Shown: piece by piece, positions 54,771 through 64,000 of the stretch
How positions within the stretch are numbered: position 1 is the stretch's first letter
Layout: the number at the start of each line of letters is the position of its first letter
Assembly: GCF_006345805.1 (NCBI RefSeq)
Contig: NC_043003.1
Location: 74,028,001-74,092,000 of the forward strand
Direction: 5' to 3'
Length of the DNA stretch: 64,000 bases
DNA from: Octopus sinensis
Taxonomy: Eukaryota
The notes under the pieces: model-generated
What the model was told of the DNA's origin: nothing
The model's database searches: none
Seen by the model: only the letters and a program-made list of their open reading frames with translations
Made by a program: the position numbers and the translations under genes

Positions 54771-56158
54771 TCAGTTTTGATGCGTTGAAATCTTATTTTT
54801 GTCTTCCATGTTTAAGTGCAGCTGTATCATACTTTGTACGAAGAAAAACTGTAGAGATGACTTTAAAAAATAATGTTTAAATGCTACATTAAACATTCTC
54901 TTCATACCTTCCTCTGCTTTATCATTACTTTTGAGCTATTCCCCTGTTCTCTTGTTTCCTTTATTTTCTATTTTGCCTTTCTACGTCTCTATTTTTCCCT
55001 TTTCTTTTTTCCATTTTTTTTTACTTCTTTTATCTCAACTCTTGCCTATACTCATTACTTTTTATTTCAATTTCAATTTAATCTCACTAACTTTTGACTT
55101 CTAATATACTACTTCTAACCATTTGCAATATAAATTGCTAGACAGTCTATTATATTCAGTAATATGTTTAGCCTTTTCATCACATTTTTATATAAAAAAT
55201 TTTTTTAAAACTTTATTATACTTATTTTTCCACTACGAATTACGCCTACTTACTGCCATTTATGCACCTTTATATTTTCAAATTAGTTACCCAATCGGAT
55301 TTAAATGCTTATTGCTTGAACTGGTATCTACAACATATTATATATACTCGCACTTTTTAAAATTTCATTACAATGAAACTGTGTGCAACTGCTTGTGCTA
55401 TATTTTTTTCGGCTTTAATAAAATAGCATTTGAACTATCTTTTTAGTATTCGAGAGTTTACCGCCTTCTTTTGCACACACATACACACACATATGATATA
55501 TGCACATGACGAGCACGTTCAAATAACTTTGCTTTGTAAGGTGTGTAAACATAATGTAAACAAGTTACAACGGAGCCACTGAACATTACTAGTTATTGCA
55601 CAGAATATAAGCCATGGATCTCTAAATCGTTTGAAATTTCTCTGTCCAAATTTATACGAACATTTAATGTCGTACAGTTCATCTCTGATGTGATACAATA
55701 TTTATTTTCTCTGAATTCAAGTTAATATTTAGCAATGATTGAATATGTTATGTTGCCAACTGTCATTAAGTTAGGTTTCCTGTCATATCTGAGTTTGAAT
55801 TACCTTACGATAGTTAATATGTTTATATTTCGTTCCTGTCTGATGCACGATATGGTATCATGATTATACACTACGGACCCGGTCACGTTTTGAGATGACT
55901 TAATCAAGCTAAGTTAGGTACGATGTACACAGGCACAGACATATTCATACCTACCTACCTACCTACCTACCTACCTACATACATACATACATACATACAT
56001 ACATGCATATCTACATTTATACATTCACACTTACAAACTTACATACATATATACATATAAACGCGCACGTACACAAGAATATAACATGATAAAGAAGCCA
56101 AACCAAATAGCGATATTTGTGATCTATCTCTCTCAGACACACACACACTCTCTCTCTC

Positions 56159-56211
<53 letters not shown>

Positions 56212-56289
56212 GTATAGTTCAGTTATAAGGATTTCAATCAAGAGGTTTGTGGGTGTTCCATTTCAAATAATGCAAATAGGACATAACGA

Positions 56290-57285
56290 GTATCTATGAT
56301 GGAAAACTTGTGGCATCTATATGCACATCAATAAATAATAGTTGAGGATAAAGCCATTATAATACCATGGTATAAAATATACCACCTTAATTAACACTTA
56401 CTTAAGTTAAAATTATAATCAGAGAAGAACAGAATATAATCAGAGAAGATCAGAACATATGTAATCATAAGATTTATAATTCTGCCAACACATCTTCAGG
56501 TGCACTTATTTTAAATTACCATAAAAATTAATAGTTAACTTGAAAATTAAAAATAAACTTTACAAAATTAAGAATTAAAAATTCTGAATTCTAAATTCTA
56601 AATATAAATAAGCACACATATATCAAACTTAGAATATCAAATATAGAATGTCAAATGTAAAATTGTAAATCAGAATGAAGTGGTCTGTGATTAAATGTAA
56701 AAAATAAAGTTACATAAACTCTAAGAAATTAAGATTTAGAACTTATAAATTATAAATGATAAATTATAAATATAAATTAGCATACATATATCAATCTCGG
56801 AATGTTAAATATAAAATTATGAATCAGAATGAAGAGGTCTTGTCATTAAATGTAAACAATTAAGATATGTCTTTATTTTTTACTTTTAAAAACAGACCGC
56901 TCATTCCGAGTCATAAATTTATATTTGACATTCTACATTTGACATTCTAAGTTTGATATATGCATGCTAATTTATATTTATAATTTATGATTTATAATTT
57001 TTAATTTAACGCTTAGTTTCTATGGTGACTTAAATAAGCTGAACGATATTTTGAAAAATGAAGCTGAAGATGTGTTGGTAGAATTATAAGTCTGATGATT
57101 ACATGTATTCTGATCTTCCAATACAGAAACACGTGTAATCCCTTTCTAATTATAATTTGAACTCAAGTAACGGCTAATTAAGGTAGTATATTTTATACCC
57201 TGCTATTATACTGGTGTTATCCTCAAGTACTATTTCTTGATGAGCATATAAATACCACTAGTTTTCCATCATAATTACTCGTGAT
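56290..57285. repeat. Diverged foldback (inverted arms of about 350-400 bp)
   Basis: About 56290-56690 aligns to the reverse complement of about 56920-57285. Also an internal direct duplication of about 56600-56720 vs 56770-56860. Confidence 0.75.
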
Positions 57286-57540
57286 GCTCTTTTTGCATCA
57301 TCTGAAATGGAATAGCCACAAAGCTGTTGATTGAAATCCCAATAACTGAACTTTTACTAATTTCTATTATTATATATTATGTATATTTCTATGTAAATAT
57401 ATTATAATCATGAACCCGCTGCACGATATGATGATGTGGAATACACGCTATATAATCTCTATATTAAAATGCATGTGATGTTAAAGGATGTGTAGTTGAT
57501 CGAATTGGCTGGAAATTCGTTTTCCCACAGTATCTGATAT

Positions 57541-57689
<149 letters not shown>

Positions 57690-57734
57690 ATATACCATTT
57701 AGTATGGGAAACCGCATATACTTAATAGTCACAG

Positions 57735-58400
57735 ATACTGTTAGAGGAGGGTGGCAACCGAAAGGAATTAATCTATTCTCTCAGAAAGAAAAATATTCCA
57801 ACAAATTGATTGCATATACCATTACAAAAGCAAAGTAAATCCCGATCTCTACCTTGCGGAGAAGCACTCGGATTAGGTCTGAAAATATATATACAAATAC
57901 AAATATTCCGTTTGTAATTACCCACTATCCTAGAAGCCCCAATATCTTGCTCTCACCCAAATGATACCTCCCAATTCTATATCAATCACAAAATATCCAA
58001 CAAATAATTACAAAATCACAAACTATAAATAGTCGAAGAAGACCACCTAACCTCAAAGGACTCTTAACACAGGTGGAATTAACATTTGAAAAATAAACGA
58101 TGCGAGTAACCAAATCTAGGGAGTGGAAACAGGAATTGCAAAACATAAAATTCTCCTCTACTGCATTACATGTGCTACACTGTAATGAAAACTATGTTGG
58201 GGAGACAGGAAGGAAACTGACCAGCCGTGTAACTGTGCATAACCAACAAATTTGAAATACATCTCTTAGGAATATCGCATGCAGCGAACATATAGATATC
58301 TGTTTAAATGGAACATTTAAAGTATTCCCATTTTGCAAAATAAACGATGATAATATGTACAACGAACAAAAGGCAAAAGCAGTATACTGCATTCTATATA
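57735..58400 (+). mobile_element. PLE RT thumb and GIY-YIG remnant
   Basis: NIPFVITHYPRSPNI ... CNENYVGETGRKLTSRVTVHNQQI ... ACSEHIDIC...FKVFPFCKI. Confidence 0.85.
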
Positions 58401-59662
58401 AGAATTCTAAGTCCCAAATTGAACTGAAAATAGCCCAAACTCCATATAATAAACCATGGAAAAGGAATGTTTATGACTAAAACTATCAGTCCGAAAATAA
58501 ATCGGAAATATAACTTTAAATATATAGTAAGTAGTTATTCAAAATTAAATGCAAGCATAAATTTATTTACCTATATGATAGGTTTAGTTACATTTCCGTA
58601 TATAAAAAAACCTTATTTTATTTTATGTGGCTTATTTATTGTAGATATAATTTAGTAGTATTAGTGTATAAATTAGCATGTTATTATATCTTATATTACT
58701 ATAATTGAATGATTTTTAACTTGGATATTTCTTAATAAATAAATGATTATATAAATTTATTACTATGTATTAATTATAGTAATATAAATTAATCTAATAT
58801 TATATGTATATTTTACGTAATAATTATAGTAAAATAGTAATTTATAGTAAATAGTAATTTATAGTTTTGTTGTTGTCTTATTTTTTTTTATTCTAGAAGC
58901 TTAAATATTTTTTCGTCATTTTCATTAATCTATTTATTTCGTCATTTTCATTAATAACTTTATTCTATCGTTTTACAATAGGTCTTCACAAGTTTAATTT
59001 CTTATAAACTCTAAGGCCTACATATTTATGTTTAAAATTCAGTTATAAAATATGCTTTGATAAGATAAATAACGCTTTTTATTGAACAATATTATTCAAT
59101 TTTTGAATTATATTATGTTTGATTATTATTTTTTAAATTAATTTATATATAGTTTCTTGATAATTATTAGTTACGCTACGTATATCTATTTAATTTACTA
59201 TTTCTATTATTATTTTTATTATGTGATTTAACGTATTATAAAAAAATTACTTTGTGAAATAGTTTTGTAAGATAATATATTGTTTCATAGTTAGGAGGTT
59301 TATTTGTTATGTAGTATTACATTTTAGTAAATAAGTGTAATATTAACTGATATTTTGCTCAATTCTATAAGTGAGCACAATATTAAATCTATATATACTA
59401 TATATAAATTAATAATATAGTAAGTTTAAATAATAGGTGTGTATATATTTGAAACATTTTATATTTTTAAATTCTAATATCCATAGTTTGTATAGCTTTA
59501 TATATATAACTTGACGTGAAGTTTTTTAGTATGTATTACTTAATTAGAATAAGGATTAGCACAGTTCCTTATTAAATAAATAAATGACTAAATAAATAAT
59601 TGAATTTAATGTATATAAATAAAATGTTAGTATTTTAGTTTTTCACTTAATGTATATTTTGT

Positions 59663-59714
<52 letters not shown>

Positions 59715-59946
59715 ATATTTATTTATTTGTTTTAAATATTTTAATTAATTGTATTTTAATTTTCTAGTATGGATGTATTACAGTTTATTATTCTTTTCTT
59801 ATTTTCTTATTTTCATAGATACAATAAATATTTATACCTATTTATTCTAGGTTTATTTACAACAGAATATATTTAAGATATTTCGTGTTCTTCCAAGATT
59901 ATATACGTATATTTATTTATTTAATTATTTTACTGTTTTTATCTTT

Positions 59947-60028
59947 GACCTAAAGAGTGGGTATATTTAAATTGAATTGATTTTACAGTTATCAGTTTTT
60001 TAAATATAGCCACGAAACACGTGTTGTC
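59947..60028 (+). ncRNA. Decayed type I hammerhead motif with long helix II
   Basis: GAC-CTAAAGA-GTGG(g)TATATTTAAA...TTTAAATATA(g)CCAC-GAA-ACACGTGT-T-GTC. G5 to A core change. Confidence 0.6.
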
Positions 60029-60298
60029 CTTTTACCAATTATATACTTTTTATTTATTATTTTGTACATTACGTAATCATTGGGATATCTTATATTTAAT
60101 TTTTTCTATGCAGTATAATTTAATTACTTCATTGTTGAATTGATAAAAGATGTCTGTTTCTAATTTATATTCATATAATATATTTTGCGAAATTTGATTT
60201 AGTATTACTGAATCGAATTATTCCCTGTAAATTTGGAATAATATTCCCTAATATTATTTATGTATATATATGCATGTAGGTATATAAGTATATATTTA

Positions 60299-60358
<60 letters not shown>

Positions 60359-60362
60359 ATAT

Positions 60363-60640
60363 TATAAAAATATTCCAACAAATTGATTGAATATGCCATA
60401 GTAAAAGCAAAGTAAATCCCGATCTCTACCTTGCGGAGAAGCACTCGGATTAGGTCTGAAAATATATATACAAATACAAATATTCCGTTTGTAATTACCC
60501 ACTATCCTAGAAACCCCAATATCTTGCTCTCAGCCAAATGATACCTCCCAATTCTATATCAATCACAAAATATCCAACAAATAATGAAAATGACGAAAAA
60601 ATATTTAAGTTTCTAGAATAAAAAAAATAAGAGAACAACA
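60363..60640 (+). repeat. Duplicated PLE segment
   Basis: About 60370-60585 is a near-identical copy of 57790-58010. 60581-60640 is the reverse complement of about 58867-58930. Confidence 0.9.
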
Positions 60641-60949
60641 TTTCATTTTCTATGTCTATACGTACGTGTGCGACAGTGAATCGGCATTGAGCTTTCAAAT
60701 AGCAAAATCGGGTGAATTTTACACCCGATTGATAACAGCTGTAGATATACGTAGATTTACCTATGTTTCAAGCTAAATAGGATGCAGGTGGCTACAGCTA
60801 TAGTTTAAATATTCTTCCCTGTTCTTATTACACACTTCCATATGGAACAATTTCTGCTATGTCATCTATAGATATATTAACCTGATTGATTTCACCAACC
60901 GTTGACTAGTACACAACATATGTACATCTAATTTTCGTTTCAAATTTTG

Positions 60950-61130
60950 ACACAGGACCAGCTCATTCAGGAGTGAGTTTAAGTCGATTATATCGACGCC
61001 AGTGCTAAACTGGCACTTGTTTATCGACTCCGAAAGGTGCAAATGTAAAGCCGACCTTGGCGGAATTTGAACGGAGAACATAAATGCAGAGGGAATGCCG
61101 CAAGCATTTTGCCCGGCGTGGTGTCTACAT
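60950..61130 (-). mobile_element. SINE, inverted
   Basis: Reverse complement of the 43540-family head and core. Confidence 0.8.
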
Positions 61131-62464
61131 AGATTATTGCTAAAAATAAACATATAACAATACTAGACAAGTTAACATTCTAATGAGACCACTAAGTCTG
61201 GATGTGACGGAATCAACGAACGTTTAAAACTAACTTATTTTAAATTAATTGATTATTGTGAAGGAATTGTCTACCGCTGTAATATTTTTATTAGCTCCTC
61301 GGATAAGGCTAATGTCATCCGTGCACAACTCCCCCTAGAATGTAAATATTCGAAACACCTTTGTTGTTTTATATACTAGATAACAAAAAGTACGTCAACG
61401 TTGGAATGCTGTGATGGCCCTTAAAACCTTTGAGTTTCTTGATTACAATTTCTAAATAAGGTTCTGCGTTGAGGTCATGGTATATTGTAGATAAATAAGA
61501 CAATGCAATCACTTAGCGAGGACCCATATATCGTCATACCTAATACAAATCCTTCAGCATACTTTGGGTGCAACGTAATTGGACCTTCCTAAATTATTGA
61601 CTATCATGTCTTTCTGGAAATCAGAATTGGCAATAAACCAAATTTGATCGACATGGTTAACTCTCCGCATAAAAGGTACGCATTGCAAGTTTTAATGTAA
61701 GGGTACCATTAGCAATTAACAATTCTGCACTCTCCATTGCAGTAATGGCAAAAATATGACCTACCCTGCCCTTCGACCACTTCGAATACATTACCTACTA
61801 TAGAAATTAATATACCAGATAGATATAAAAAAAAACTGGCAACATGTCGGAAAAGTTGTTATACACTCTTATCACTCACGGTCAGTTATACTACCATTCC
61901 TAGATTTCCAACAACTTTATCTCCATTTCGTCTTACTCCGCAACATTTTTCTCATTACCATTAACATTATTACATTTACTTCACTGTCACAAACGTGAGA
62001 ACATTCAACACGTCTGCACCGTTGTTAGCACCATCCTTTTTTATTTCATCATAATTACAAATAACCAAAAGTTTTTACACCACGGACATTTTTCACTTCA
62101 TTAGATTCATTACCAATATTTTCAAGGAAACTAAATCCATAGTGAAAATTGACTAATCATAAGACAAGCATATTAATAATCGTAATCACAATAATTTATT
62201 AATAATATTATAGTTGGAAAAAGCGCTAGCTCGCTGGAGGAAGTCCTTAGCTATTTTTTTGTATGTTATGTCTATTTGTTAGTCTTGGTGTATTTCTCTG
62301 AATATTTCCTTTTATCATACCTAATTCGCCTACTATGATAATAAGTATTTCAGTGATATTGTGCAACAAACAAGAAATTATAAAATGGAATTGGAAAATG
62401 GAAGTGAAAGATATTTAGAGCTAATTATGCCTGAGACAGATTCAGCTTCGATCGGTAGAGAAAT

Positions 62465-62467
62465 AAA

Positions 62468-62539
<72 letters not shown>

Positions 62540-62590
62540 TAATAATAATAATAATAATAACAACAACAATAATAATAATAATGATAATTA
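62465..62590. repeat. (AAT)n microsatellite
   Basis: Direct sequence. Confidence 0.97.
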
Positions 62591-62749
62591 CAATTATAAT
62601 AATAACAATACTGAAGTATTACATTATATATATATTAATTATATCTATCTTTTGGTCGGTGTTGAATCGCAATATATGTTTACATAAATTAGGTCTCGAT
62701 ATATATGTGTATGAGTGTTTGTGTGTGTGTGTGTGTATGTATATATATA

Positions 62750-62850
62750 AAGAGAATTTACGAAAAAGCAAAAGACGAACACGGGTGTATAAACAACTAA
62801 TATATTAGTTTAACGCTCGGGAATTGAGAAAGTCTTACGTTTCGAGCATA
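62750..62850 (-). mobile_element. Truncated PLE-type terminal repeat (3' half of HHR motif only)
   Basis: Reverse complement gctcgaaacgtaagactttctcaattcccgagcgttaaac... matches 32467-32574. Confidence 0.7.
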
Positions 62851-62904
62851 TGTGCTGGTGAGGTGTGTGCTTTATTTATCATTATCAACATTGTTATTAT
62901 TCAC

Positions 62905-63262
62905 AATGGCTCAGTGGTTAGGGCAGCGGACTAGCGGTCGTAGGATCGCGGTTTCGATTCCCAGACCGGGCGTTGTGAGTGTTTATTGAGCGAAAACACC
63001 TAAAAGATCCACGAGGCCTCCTGCTGTACTCTTTCACCACAACTTTCTCTCACTCTTACTTCCTGTTTCTGTTGTACCTGTATTTCAAAGGGCCGGCCTT
63101 GTCACTCTCTGTGTCACGCTGAATATCCCCGAGAACTACGTTAAGGGTAAACGTGTCTGTGGAGTGCTCAGCCACTTACACGTTAATTTCACGAGCAGGC
63201 TGTTCCGTTGATCGGATCAACCGGAACCCTCGTCGTCATAACCGACGGAGTGCTTCCAATCC
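62905..63262 (+). mobile_element. tRNA-derived SINE of a different family
   Basis: A box TGGCTCAGTGG (62907-62917), B box-like GGTTTCGATTCCC (about 62950-62962), non-tRNA body. Confidence 0.85.
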
Positions 63263-63352
63263 ATTATTCACTAGTCTTTTTTTATCACGTGGTTTAACTT
63301 CCCTACCGAGCGCAGCTGTGTGTGCCTTGTGTATGTGCTTTGGTTTGTGATG

Positions 63353-63402
<50 letters not shown>

Positions 63403-63405
<3 letters not shown>

Positions 63406-64000
63406 CAATTTAGGAGTGACCTTAACAGGCCATTCGTCCACCAGAAAGAGCAGCCATAACTCACACCGCCAATTAGTAGTAATTCAGAAATTAGGTGAAA
63501 ATTTAAAAACATTTACCCTAATTCATCTTTTAGACGATGCATCGTTTCTGTGTTATTAATGATTAAATTAGCTTAATTAAATTAAATTAAGCTAATCTAC
63601 CATAGGTCACACTTCATCAGTAAAAAACCTGGGAGAGACAAATATACACGAGGCGTCTGTATCGATGCCTCCGGAATATCTGTCTTAAAATTTTCAAGAC
63701 CGACGTATTCGCGCCAAACTTATCAGCAGTAAATATAAACTGCCGATTCAATCTCAGAATTATTCAGAAAATTATCAATTAGTCAATTTAGGGTAGCAAA
63801 AAATTCAATAGAAATTTATCACTACCAGCGGCCTAGTGGAAAAGAGAAAATAGTCAAAGACTAAATATATAAATATAACAATTTAGGAGTGACCTTAACA
63901 GGCCATTCGTCCACCAGAAAGAGCAGCCATAACTCACACCGCCAAGTAGTAGTAATTCAGAAATTAGGTGAAAATTTAAAAGCATTTACCCTAATTCATC
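63403..64000 (-). mobile_element. Second hammerhead-bearing tandem array, 473-bp unit, running off the window
   Basis: 63405-63527 recurs from 63878 to the window end. Starts at (TA)n. HHR at 63528-63625. Confidence 0.8.
63528..63625 (-). ncRNA. Type I hammerhead ribozyme
   Basis: TTTTA-CTGATGA-A-GTGT...(12-bp hairpin ATTAGCTTAATT/AATTAAGCTAAT)...ACAC-A-GAA-ACGATGCATCGT-C-TAAAA. GUC triplet, 12-nt palindromic helix III. Confidence 0.88.

Noticed and set aside
58400-60250. Mitochondrial insertion (NUMT)
   Set aside because: AT-rich, but I found no recognisable rRNA, tRNA or respiratory-gene motifs. PLE traces fit better.
62905-62975. tRNA gene (also 5222-5290)
   Set aside because: A and B boxes are present but there is no complete cloverleaf, and the sequence continues into a SINE body.

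Overview
AT-rich, microsatellite-saturated eukaryotic DNA with no intact protein-coding gene that I can support. The ORF track is almost all simple-repeat read-through or transposon fragments. The mix of tRNA-derived SINEs, mariner/Tc1, Helitron, RTE-type LINE and many Penelope-like element (PLE) fragments resembles an invertebrate, probably an octopus-like cephalopod (inference from repeat style, not verified). The main hidden signal is RNA, not protein. There are two unrelated tandem arrays, one of about 445-bp units (36991-38776) and one of 473-bp units (63403 to the window end). Each complete unit carries a minus-strand type I hammerhead ribozyme (HHR) with a palindromic minimal helix III, a long helix II and an A.A mismatch at 10.1/11.1. 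This is the architecture of non-LTR retrozymes, which release self-cleaved monomer or circular RNAs. At least six more intact-looking, variant or decayed HHR motifs occur in PLE-type termini. Most HHR elements abut (TA)n about 90-130 nt 3' of the cleavage site, and two have an inverted segment at the opposite end. Ribozyme folds were derived by hand; activity is untested.
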